Positions 1 to 7,996 of a DNA stretch of 64,000 nt are shown in pieces. The position numbers and the translations under genes are program-made. The notes under the pieces were generated by a model that had not been told where the DNA came from, made no database searches, and saw only the letters and a list, made by a program, of their open reading frames with translations. Origin of the DNA: Candidatus Micrarchaeota archaeon (GTDB lineage: Archaea; Micrarchaeota; Micrarchaeia; Micrarchaeales; Micrarchaeaceae); contig CAYPBZ010000001.1 in NCBI GenBank assembly GCA_964409135.1, positions 26,535-90,534 on the forward strand. The letters run 5' to 3'. The stretch's first letter is position 1. Each line of letters begins with the position of its first letter.

Positions 1-105
1 TTTACAGAGCTCAGCCCGATCCCAGGAATGGTCGCTCCAGACTATCTGGCAGCCAAGCTCGCATACCTCACGATAGGATATGCGTTCGGTTCATCGATCA
101 GATAG
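1..105 (+). CDS. C-terminal fragment of an unidentified protein (gene starts upstream of the window)
   Basis: Frame 1 is open from base 1 to TAG at 103-105 (...LAAKLAYLTIGYAFGSSIR*). Too short to assign. Confidence 0.25.
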   Translation, partial: FTELSPIPGMVAPDYLAAKLAYLTIGYAFGSSIR

Positions 106-151
106 GTTGTTGCAGGCACAAAGATGCTTCAAATGCCCGCGTGCCTTCTAA

Positions 152-472
152 TCAAGACGCTTTATCATGGAAAGGGTTTAGCGACAGCGCGTCTATAATG
201 TCAGGATTATCGTTCTCTGTTGCTACAACCTTCTTCACGATTCCGCATTTAGAACATCTGTACGATATGCGCACACCTCTTCCCGAAGGCATGGCAGAGA
301 TAGGTTCCATGAGCCCACCGCAACGGGACTCTCTATCGCCAGGGTGTATGTCGACATGTTTGCTCCACAGGCATGAGGGGCAGTGGTCTGTGTAACCATT
401 GCCTGCTACCTCTGTACCACATCTCTCGCATATGAAGCTCTCTACACGCCTTGTGAATCTCTTTTTTTCCAT
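152..472 (-). CDS. RNHCP-domain zinc-ribbon protein
   Basis: 106 aa. N-terminal CERCG, central 'TDHCPSCLWSKHVD..GDRESRCGGLMEPI' and C-terminal CSKCG match the RNHCP-domain layout as I remember it. Confidence 0.55.
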   Translation of the reverse strand: MEKKRFTRRVESFICERCGTEVAGNGYTDHCPSCLWSKHVDIHPGDRESRCGGLMEPISAMPSGRGVRISYRCSKCGIVKKVVATENDNPDIIDALSLNPFHDKAS

Positions 473-497
473 ATGGAAGCATCACCGGTTATCTTTC

Positions 498-572
498 TGG
501 TGGGCCCGCGGAGAATCGGACTCCGGATCTCCCGCGTGTGAAGCGGACGTCTTACCACTCGACTACAGGCCC
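498..572 (-). tRNA. tRNA-Val (anticodon CAC), CCA encoded
   Basis: Minus strand reads GGGCCTG-TA-GTCG..GAC-G-TCCGC-TTCACAC-GCGGG-AGATC-CGGAG-TCCGATT-CTCCG-CGGGCCC-A-CCA, a full cloverleaf. The T-loop reads UCCGAUU (C at position 55). It abuts the rnz stop codon. Confidence 0.85.
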
Positions 573-1468
573 TATACAACGATTCTCATTCCGTCTTCAG
601 CTACGTCTGTGTTCCTGAATATGCGCCTCGACTCTTTAAGATGCGCATTTACATTCTTATACCTTGCACTGAGGTGCGTGAGTAGCAGCCTCTTCGCTCC
701 TGCTCTTTTCGCGATCTTCGCGGCCTCCTCAGCCGTGGAGTGCATCCTCGACCTGGCCAGCTCTGCATCCTCTGATGCGTAGGACGAATCGTGTATCAGC
801 AGGTCGGCGTCTCTTGCCGCTGCCAGGGTGGACTGTACGGGCCTTGTGTCTGCCGCATATACGACTTTCTTACCCTTTACTGTTTTGGTTATCTGCGACA
901 GCCTCACTGTCTTGCCATTCGCTGTAATCCTCCCTCTCTTCTCTATCTCGGAGAACATCCTGCCATCTATGCCAAGCCTTTTCGCCTCGCTCTTTATGAA
1001 GTGGGGACGGTCATCCTCGCTGAATGCATAACCGTATGCTGGAATAGAATGCCTGAGCCTGAACGCCCTGACCGATATGCCGCCATCTGAGTATATCTTG
1101 CCGCTATGCACTCCTACTATGTTCACCTTATACAAGATCATGGCTGCATCGAAGTCCACCAGCATCTTGACATTATTCTCGTACCCCTCAGGCACGTATA
1201 TGTTTAAAGGGCGGGTGCGGTTGTACAGGGCCAGAGTCCTCATGAGTCCTGCTATCCCTATTACATGGTCGCCATGTATATGTGTTATGAATATCGCGTC
1301 TATCTTCGAGATGTTGAGGCCGTACCTCATCATCTGCCTCTGCGTCCCCTCTCCACAGTCCATAAGGAAGATCCTGCCATCGTACCTTATCGCTATGGCC
1401 GATAGCCCGCGCTCCTTGGTGGGCGCGGAGCCGGCCGTACCAAGAACGATTATCTCTATATCTCTCAT
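572..1468 (-). CDS. rnz: Ribonuclease Z (tRNA 3' endonuclease, metallo-beta-lactamase fold)
   Basis: 298 aa. 'ITHIHGDH' HxHxDH motif, N-terminal 'IIVLGTAGSAP' and typical RNase Z length. Confidence 0.85.
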   Translation of the reverse strand: MRDIEIIVLGTAGSAPTKERGLSAIAIRYDGRIFLMDCGEGTQRQMMRYGLNISKIDAIFITHIHGDHVIGIAGLMRTLALYNRTRPLNIYVPEGYENNVKMLVDFDAAMILYKVNIVGVHSGKIYSDGGISVRAFRLRHSIPAYGYAFSEDDRPHFIKSEAKRLGIDGRMFSEIEKRGRITANGKTVRLSQITKTVKGKKVVYAADTRPVQSTLAAARDADLLIHDSSYASEDAELARSRMHSTAEEAAKIAKRAGAKRLLLTHLSARYKNVNAHLKESRRIFRNTDVAEDGMRIVV

Positions 1469-1472
1469 GCCC

Positions 1473-2588
1473 TTACAACTCTATCTCTACCGTCTTATTT
1501 TCAAGGTCGACATTATATATGGTTATGCCAGGGAACATCTTGATAACCTTTTCCCTGGTGATGTGCCTATCTGCCTGCGCCGCCTCTATGAGCTGGTTCA
1601 CCATATGCATGTTCTTGAATATTGCTTCTCCTATGCTCTTATTCGCTCCTATGCCCTCGACCATGGAGCCGAGCACCTCCTTCTGCTTCTCTATGCTTAT
1701 CTCGAGCTCCTTTGCCGCAGGATTCTCCCTGGTCTGCGGCCCTTCCTGCGCAGTGTGATAAAAATGGTCGAGCAGCTCCTGCACGCTTACGAACTCTATG
1801 CTCTCCAAGTCGGAATACTTCTTTATGTCTGAGAGCGAGTAGTCTATAGTCTTGCCATCACTCATGTATATGCGCGGTTTCGGCCTCTCGGCGATGCTGC
1901 CAAGACTGGCAATCCCTTTAGATATGCTCTTGATCGCCTGCTCGTCAATCCCTGATATTGGCTCCCTTGGATTTATATCGAGCCTGTTGAGCACGTCCTC
2001 GACATACATGGAGCCGAGGTTGGTAATGCCTGCCAGCACCTTTATCACAGACTTCTGCCTCTCAGCAGATTCGAACCCTGCGCGTATCATGCCCTCTGTG
2101 CCGTCCAGATTGGACATGCGCACGGCCGAGTTCTCCGGCGCCTTGTACACCTCGCCCTTCCTTACAATTCTGTCTCTGAACCTGTGCCTGAAGTATGCCA
2201 TGTCTATCGTGCCGTCGCCCTCTGTTATCACAAGGTTGCACTTGGCGAACATCTCTAGTATGATGCTAAAGCGCCGCCCATCCTTTGACAGCACGAACTC
2301 TATTATACGGTCGTCGTTCAGCTGTGTTACCTCCTCTATGACCGAGTTTGTTATGCGTCTCCTGGCGCCCTGGGCGAAGCTGGTTGGAAAGTCCGCGCTC
2401 TCGACGTACGAGGTCGCGTTGACCGTTTGCCCCAGAATGCACAGTATGTCGGTCTTAGAGGTAAGGCTGTGCGCACGTATCCTGAACCTGCCTCTCCCGG
2501 TCTCATAGAACTTGTCTATCCTGTAATGAATGAGATTTCTAAGCTCCCTGACGAGGGCGGCGATCTCCAGAGTGTATATCTGGCGCAT
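1473..2588 (-). CDS. NFACT N-terminal domain protein (Rqc2/FbpA-like), short form
   Basis: 371 aa. The N-terminal pattern (..LRNLIHYRIDKFYE..DDRIIEFVLS..FSIILEMFAKCNLVI) resembles NFACT-N. No C-terminal NFACT-R/DUF814 part is visible. Confidence 0.5.
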   Translation of the reverse strand: MRQIYTLEIAALVRELRNLIHYRIDKFYETGRGRFRIRAHSLTSKTDILCILGQTVNATSYVESADFPTSFAQGARRRITNSVIEEVTQLNDDRIIEFVLSKDGRRFSIILEMFAKCNLVITEGDGTIDMAYFRHRFRDRIVRKGEVYKAPENSAVRMSNLDGTEGMIRAGFESAERQKSVIKVLAGITNLGSMYVEDVLNRLDINPREPISGIDEQAIKSISKGIASLGSIAERPKPRIYMSDGKTIDYSLSDIKKYSDLESIEFVSVQELLDHFYHTAQEGPQTRENPAAKELEISIEKQKEVLGSMVEGIGANKSIGEAIFKNMHMVNQLIEAAQADRHITREKVIKMFPGITIYNVDLENKTVEIEL

Positions 2589-2594
2589 CCGAAT

Positions 2595-3383
2595 CTATCC
2601 TTTTTTCAACTTCTTCCTCCCTTCCTCTTTGGTGATCCGGGAGAACGAGCGCACTCTCTTGTATGTGTCGGATACATTCTCGAAAGCTGTCCCTATCTGT
2701 GCTATGTCTCCGCCGTTCGAGTAGACATCCCTGAGCTGCTTGAGCGTAGAGACGCCTCCCGCAACTATATACGGACATGATATGGCGCTCCTAACACTCC
2801 TTATGAGAGCGTTCGGCACAGGGCCGTAGCCCATCATCTTCGGATCAGATCCGGCGTCCGTTATTATGATCCTGTGGCCGAGGAATTCGCCTGCCATGGC
2901 TAACGCAGCCGCTATCTTGGGCTTCTCTCTCGGAACCATGTTGGCATCGCCGACCCATCCGACGGTCCCGCCAGGCTTGACCACTATGTACCCGACAGGG
3001 AGCGGCTCTATTCCGAACTGCTTGATGAGCGGCGCCGATAAGGTCTGGGCCTGCGTTATCCAGTAAGGGTTGCGCGCGTTGAGAAGTGACATAAAATATA
3101 TCGCGTCGGCATATGGGGTTATTGTAGCTATATTGCCCGGGAATATGATGAGCGGCACATCTATATTTTCCTTTATCTGCTTCGACACATTGTTCAGGAG
3201 GTCTCCCTGCGCGCCTATGCTGCCCCCTATTATGACTGCGTCCGCGCCCCCTTTGGCAAGCGTTATCCCGTTCCTAATCGCAGAGCTCTCGTCTTTGTAG
3301 TCGACCGGGTCTATGAGGCAGAACAGCATCTTTCCATTGCTCTCGAGAGTCTCATGTATGTAACACTCTACTTTCTCAACCAT
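2595..3383 (-). CDS. Geranylgeranylglyceryl phosphate synthase (PcrB/GGGPS family)
   Basis: 'LIDPVDY', 'GGADAVIIGGS' and 'YIVAGGVSTLKQ' are typical of GGGPS. I place the start at MVEKVE (ATG 3383), just after the stop of the upstream gene, instead of the track start at 3428. Confidence 0.8.
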   Translation of the reverse strand: MVEKVECYIHETLESNGKMLFCLIDPVDYKDESSAIRNGITLAKGGADAVIIGGSIGAQGDLLNNVSKQIKENIDVPLIIFPGNIATITPYADAIYFMSLLNARNPYWITQAQTLSAPLIKQFGIEPLPVGYIVVKPGGTVGWVGDANMVPREKPKIAAALAMAGEFLGHRIIITDAGSDPKMMGYGPVPNALIRSVRSAISCPYIVAGGVSTLKQLRDVYSNGGDIAQIGTAFENVSDTYKRVRSFSRITKEEGRKKLKKG

Positions 3384-3387
3384 AAAA

Positions 3388-4437
3388 TCAAACCCTGTTC
3401 CTGAGCTGCGGCCTTGACACAGAGCCAATGAATTCTTTTATCATAGCGGCCCCGTCGGCCTTTATGTTGTGCTTGCATCTGAACCCCAGATTCTTTCTTA
3501 TCCTGTCCGTGCTCACGACCCTATTGCTGGTTATGAACTTGAACTCGTCAGAGCTTACATTGATTATCTTCCTGGTAATCTGACCGACAGTATAAGGCAC
3601 CCTGGTCCTTGGCACGCCGACCTTCAGGGTCGATGCGGTCAGCTCCGCAAGCTCCTTTAGCGTGTGTGGGGGGTTCTCCACTACATTGTATGTATCGGAC
3701 CTGGTGTCATCCATCGACAGGACCATCGCATGCGCAGCATCCTCGACATTTATAAGCGTGAGGCTGTTGGTGCCTTTGCCGGTGTACATCATTTTGCCGT
3801 CCCTTATCAGCTTGAATATTTTGAAGAAGTGCCTCTTGTAGGCACCCCCGTAGAACGTGCCGAACCTCATTATGGTGTACCTAAGGCCCTTGTTCACGTT
3901 GGCGAATGCCCTGACTACCTGCTCCCCCATGACCTTACTCTCAGAGTACTTGCTCGAGGGCTTCAGCTCCGATTCCTCTGTAAGGGTCTCAGCAGAGCGC
4001 CTGTAGCCGTATACCGTCACGCTGCTGGCATAGACGAAATGAAGTTTGCGCCCGCGGTTCGCCCTGACATAAGCGCTTATAACATTCTCCGTTGCTATCA
4101 CATTGGTGCTTATGAGGTTGCTATAGGAATGGCCCTCATTGTACGCCAGCCCTGCTATGTGGAAGAGATGGTCGACCCCGACGCACGCGAGCTCCAACTC
4201 CTTCCTATCCTTCTCGTCCTCGAGGCGTATGTCTACCTTGTATGGCTTCACCCCTGGAGGCAGCATCTTCCATTCAGGGCTCTTGGATGGGTGCTCCCTG
4301 AGCGTCACCCTGACCTCGTGCCCTGCCCTGAGGAGCCCCTCGATAAGAACCCTGCCTATCCCGCTGGTTGCTCCTGTAACAAGTATGACCTTCTTCATAG
4401 ACGCAGATTTGGTGGTTCTTTGCATATGTACCATCAA
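3388..4437 (-). CDS. NAD-dependent epimerase/dehydratase (extended SDR)
   Basis: 'VILVTGATSGIGRVL' Rossmann motif and 'YSESK' catalytic YxxxK. An ATGA overlap with the upstream gene suggests coupling. Confidence 0.8.
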   Translation of the reverse strand: MMVHMQRTTKSASMKKVILVTGATSGIGRVLIEGLLRAGHEVRVTLREHPSKSPEWKMLPPGVKPYKVDIRLEDEKDRKELELACVGVDHLFHIAGLAYNEGHSYSNLISTNVIATENVISAYVRANRGRKLHFVYASSVTVYGYRRSAETLTEESELKPSSKYSESKVMGEQVVRAFANVNKGLRYTIMRFGTFYGGAYKRHFFKIFKLIRDGKMMYTGKGTNSLTLINVEDAAHAMVLSMDDTRSDTYNVVENPPHTLKELAELTASTLKVGVPRTRVPYTVGQITRKIINVSSDEFKFITSNRVVSTDRIRKNLGFRCKHNIKADGAAMIKEFIGSVSRPQLRNRV

Positions 4438-5294
4438 GATGCTCTTCCGTCCAAGAGCCTTGTAGCGATCTTATGTGTCTTACCCTTGGTGAGCCTGTGC
4501 ACAGCATACGGTATCCAGTCCTTTCCGTATGGGGTATAAACATTCAAGCTCTGCCCGTCCTTTGTCAGTGTCTTCAGCTTCCTCCTGCTGTATCCGAATG
4601 GAACCTCAAGTATTAAGCTCTTTCTGTATGCCTTCTTCGAAATGATCTTGAGAAGCAGCTTCTCGTCCTGCGACGATATCGTTATGTCTGTGCTGTGGTT
4701 GACCACACCCCTTATCCTATCTATATACGCATCGACCACACCGTTGGTCTTACCGTGCCTCTTGCCATGCCCGTAGAACACATCATGGGACGCGAGAACC
4801 TTGATGCGCTTGGCAGCACTTATCCCTGACACAGGCTTTCCCTCGGATTTAAGAAGAGAGTCAGGGACCTCGATGCCGAGCATGTCTGATCTGTTGGCCT
4901 TGTATATGCGCGATATGTCTGACATGGACATCTTCGGCTCGTACTCCGACCATATGTGTATGTCGTTCTTCTCTGCGCTCCCTACTAGAGTGCTGAGCAG
5001 TGAATCCGCGAGCGCCCTGTCTACATTGTAGCCGAGCTGCGATATCCTCACCGATACGTCGGCCGATATGCACAACCTTGATATCTGGTGGACGAGCTGT
5101 ATATATGCGTTCGCGTTGTACTTTGCCTTGGCCTGATTGTCCACATGGTCGCTGAGGAACGTCAGGGTGACGCCCATGCTCTTCTCGTTGATCTGCTTGG
5201 CTCTCTTCAGTGCCGTAGCTATCGTAGGCCCTGCCATGTTCTTCCTGACGAGCCTGAACACCAGATTTCTCAAAAAGCTTTCCTCTTCCGGCAA
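4434..5294 (-). CDS. Proline dehydrogenase-like protein
   Basis: 286 aa. 'GVTLTFLSDH' and the C-terminal 'VYTPYGKDWIPYAVHRL' resemble the PutA/ProDH barrel motifs (tld.LGE ... YvPyG..w.pYl.RRl). Confidence 0.5.
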   Translation of the reverse strand: MPEEESFLRNLVFRLVRKNMAGPTIATALKRAKQINEKSMGVTLTFLSDHVDNQAKAKYNANAYIQLVHQISRLCISADVSVRISQLGYNVDRALADSLLSTLVGSAEKNDIHIWSEYEPKMSMSDISRIYKANRSDMLGIEVPDSLLKSEGKPVSGISAAKRIKVLASHDVFYGHGKRHGKTNGVVDAYIDRIRGVVNHSTDITISSQDEKLLLKIISKKAYRKSLILEVPFGYSRRKLKTLTKDGQSLNVYTPYGKDWIPYAVHRLTKGKTHKIATRLLDGRAS

Positions 5295-5351
5295 TTTATC
5301 ACGCGGTGAACTAGTCTATAAGTATTCTAAGTCAACATATTAAATGGTTTG

Positions 5352-6011
5352 TTATCGCTTCGCAACCCTTGCATCTCTCAATCCGGATGAATAGGAACAC
5401 ATGCTGTTAAGGGGGCACTCTTTGCATAGAGGGCCGGTCTTCCTGCAGTAATTCTTGCCCAGCTCTACAAACTGCGCATGTATGTCCTTGTACAGCTCAA
5501 CGTCCCTGGCTGCCGAGCCTTCCAGCATGCTCTTGAGCCGGCTGTATTCCATCTCCTCGGTGCCCAGTATGCGGGACATCTCCCTGATCGTGTATGCGTC
5601 TACCACAAATGTGGGCACCTCTGCAGCATACAGCATTATTGAATCGGCAGTCTCCCTGCCTATCCCATTCATGCCCAGAAGCACATCTCTAAGCTCCTCG
5701 GGCTCCAGAGAGAAGAGGTGATCGAGGCCGCCGATGTCAAGAATCGCAGAGCATATCAGCTTGAGCCTCGCGGCCTTCTGCCTGTAGTATCCCGACGGCC
5801 TGACCATCACCTCAAGCTTTCTGACAGGTATGCCTGCTATGCCCTCGAGAGACATTGCGCCTCCTTCCTTGATCCTTCCGATCGCAAGCTCAACGTTGCT
5901 CCATCGGGTGTTCTGTGTCAGTATAGCCCCGACAAGAATCTCAAATTTCGTGTCGCCGGGCCACCAGTCCATAAATCCGAAATGGTCCAAGAGCTTGAGG
6001 TAGATGCGCAT
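5352..6011 (-). CDS. Endonuclease III-related HhH-GPD DNA glycosylase with C-terminal Fe-S cluster
   Basis: 'WWPGDTKFEILVGAILTQNTRWSNV', HhH 'LLGMNGIGRETADSIMLYA' and a Cys cluster 'CRKTGPLCKECPLNSMC'. Start moved to Met35 (6011) to avoid overlapping the 3' end of rpl11. Confidence 0.75.
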   Translation of the reverse strand: MRIYLKLLDHFGFMDWWPGDTKFEILVGAILTQNTRWSNVELAIGRIKEGGAMSLEGIAGIPVRKLEVMVRPSGYYRQKAARLKLICSAILDIGGLDHLFSLEPEELRDVLLGMNGIGRETADSIMLYAAEVPTFVVDAYTIREMSRILGTEEMEYSRLKSMLEGSAARDVELYKDIHAQFVELGKNYCRKTGPLCKECPLNSMCSYSSGLRDARVAKR

Positions 6012-6028
6012 GACGGTGTTGCCGCTTA

Positions 6029-6496
6029 TCAAACCTTTATCTCTCCTGAATCTATCTTCAGGATCGCCTCCTTTGGATCCATGTTCTCGCATGTTATCCC
6101 CATACTCTTGCATGTGCCGAGCACCTGCTTGACCCTGCTCTTGATGTCTGTGCCGTACAGTGATCCAGACTTTGATTCTGCTATCCTCTTCGCCTGCTCG
6201 ATGGTCAGATTGCCAACCTTTTCGCCCTTCTCCTTCGCTCCCTTCTGTATGTTCAGCTCCTTTAGTATGAGCGCACTGGTAGGCGGCATTCCGACCTCTA
6301 TCCTAAAGCTCTTGGTAGTGGTGTCGACTATGACCTTGACCGGCACCTTTATCCCGGAGAGGTTCTCCGTCTTCTTGTTTATCTTTGCAATCACATCGCT
6401 GACATTAATCCCCATCGGCCCCAGCGCGGGTCCGAGCGGTGGTCCTGCTGTTGCCTTTCCACCCTCTACCAGTCCTGTTATTATGCTCTCTGCCAT
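6029..6496 (-). CDS. rpl11: Ribosomal protein uL11
   Basis: 'GKATAGPPLGPALGPMGINV' signature, 155 aa. Confidence 0.95.
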   Translation of the reverse strand: MAESIITGLVEGGKATAGPPLGPALGPMGINVSDVIAKINKKTENLSGIKVPVKVIVDTTTKSFRIEVGMPPTSALILKELNIQKGAKEKGEKVGNLTIEQAKRIAESKSGSLYGTDIKSRVKQVLGTCKSMGITCENMDPKEAILKIDSGEIKV

Positions 6497-6503
6497 AAGA
6501 TCA

Positions 6504-6953
6504 TCACTTGTTCTTTGACCTCTCTATAACTCTTGCCGTGTTCATCTTTGTCGTCACAGGTATCGGCACAACCACGTCTATAAGCTCTACTGTTACCTCG
6601 CTCTTCGACTCGTCGACCCTGAGCACCTTCGCCTTGTAACCCTTGAAAGGCCCGCTTGTGAACTCTATAGTGTCGTTCTTCATAATCTCCTGTGCAGCTA
6701 TGCTGGTCTTGGTGACGAGCTTCTCCACCTCGGCCTCGCTTATCGACCTTGGAAGTATGCCACGTACGTTGCGGACCTTGCTTACGAAGCTCCTGCACGC
6801 GGATTCGTCCTCTGCCTCTATAATCACGTAGCCGCGCATGCCCTCTACGACTATGACTGAGTATATAGGGAGGTCGCTCTTCTGCTTCTTGCTGCTCAGC
6901 ATGTTTGCTGCGATTCTCTCCTGCCCGGACGTTACCTTTACTACGAAGTACAA
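6504..6953 (-). CDS. spt5: Transcription elongation factor Spt5 (NusG)
   Basis: NGN domain 'YFVVKVTSGQERIAANML' plus KOW 'GPFKGYKAKVLRVD'. TTG start; lies directly upstream of rpl11 as in most archaea. Confidence 0.9.
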   Translation of the reverse strand: MYFVVKVTSGQERIAANMLSSKKQKSDLPIYSVIVVEGMRGYVIIEAEDESACRSFVSKVRNVRGILPRSISEAEVEKLVTKTSIAAQEIMKNDTIEFTSGPFKGYKAKVLRVDESKSEVTVELIDVVVPIPVTTKMNTARVIERSKNK

Positions 6954-7147
6954 TAAATCACTGAATGGCGTTCAATATATCTAAACATCTAAATCCTTGT
7001 AAGCAACAATTGAAATACAGTACATCCACGGCTTCATTAATACCTGGATAAAATATAGCAATAGCTATACCCATAAAACAAGAAAGTATGCAGAACAAAA
7101 GATTAAAAGGTTTTCTAAGAGCCTTTGATATGATTGTGGCGGTCTAG

Positions 7148-7996
7148 ATGGTCTCCAAAAAAAATGACGTCGGAAATGTGGATGTCTGTCTGAGGGGCTC
7201 GTCAGGAGGATACGACCTTCTCGGGAACATAGCCGCGATAGAGCCCAGGCCAGGTGCCACGAAAGCCGAGACGAAGGAGTTTGCAGAGCGGATAATGGGG
7301 AGGCACAAGAAGATAACGACTGTGCTTGCAAAGGCAGGTCCTGTGTCTGGGGTGTTCAGGACAAGGAGCTTCAGTTATGTCTCGGGAAAGCGGACATTCA
7401 TCGCGTTGTACAGAGAGAGCGGCTGCACATTCAGGTTCGACGTCAGGAGGGTCTTCTTCTCCAACAGGCTTGCGTACGAACGGTCAAGGATATCGTCACT
7501 TGTAAAGGAGGGCGAGACGATCGCTGTGCCATTCGCCGGGGTGGGCCCGTTTCCGATAGTCATCGCAAAGAACAGCAAACCCTCATCCATACTCGCAATC
7601 GAGCTTAACAGGGTAGCTGTGAAATACATGAAGGATAACATAAGACTGAACAGGGAGGGAAACATAATCGCGGTGAGCGGAGACGTCAGGAAGGCCGCGA
7701 AGAGTTACAAGGGCTTCGCAGACAGGGTCATAATGCAGATGCCGACGCAGAGCCTGGAGTTCCTGGACGAGATGGTGACTCTTGCGAAAGAGAGCGCGGC
7801 GGCCCATATCTACTTTTTCTGCGATTCGAAGACCGGGACAAAGGACGCGAAGGCCCGCATAAGCAGTTTCATGAAGGAGAGAGGTTATACCATCAGGTAC
7901 ACTCTGACGAGGGTAGCCAGGACGTACTCTAAGGATAAGATAGAGGCCGTCATAGACTTGAGGTTCTCCAAAAAGGGAAGAAGGTCGTCGCGCTAA
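7148..7996 (+). CDS. trm5: tRNA (guanine37-N1)-methyltransferase Trm5/Taw2 family (Met-10+ like)
   Basis: 'YDLLGNIAAIE', 'FRFDVRRVFFSNRLAYER' and 'VPFAGVGPF' SAM motif. Confidence 0.8.
   Translation: MVSKKNDVGNVDVCLRGSSGGYDLLGNIAAIEPRPGATKAETKEFAERIMGRHKKITTVLAKAGPVSGVFRTRSFSYVSGKRTFIALYRESGCTFRFDVRRVFFSNRLAYERSRISSLVKEGETIAVPFAGVGPFPIVIAKNSKPSSILAIELNRVAVKYMKDNIRLNREGNIIAVSGDVRKAAKSYKGFADRVIMQMPTQSLEFLDEMVTLAKESAAAHIYFFCDSKTGTKDAKARISSFMKERGYTIRYTLTRVARTYSKDKIEAVIDLRFSKKGRRSSR

Noticed and set aside
3664-4539. Long plus-strand ORF (291 aa). Similar long antisense ORFs occur at 55843..56838, 35370..36011, 18274..18768, 20547..21233 and 42044..42658.
   Set aside because: Each lies antisense or out of frame within a gene that has clear family motifs. 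Their translations are low-complexity with no recognisable motifs. They are shadow ORFs typical of mid-GC genomes.
6960-7144. Possible secE upstream of spt5. The minus-strand frame is open for 61 codons, contains '..ALRKPFNLLFCILSCFMGIAIAIFY..' and ends 4 nt before the spt5 TTG start.
   Set aside because: There is no ATG/GTG at its 5' end, only an internal TTG. The tail after the TM helix is too long for SecE. The likely spt5 TATA box (RC of about 6975-6990) falls inside it. Its 5' end would abut the trm5 start with no room for a promoter.
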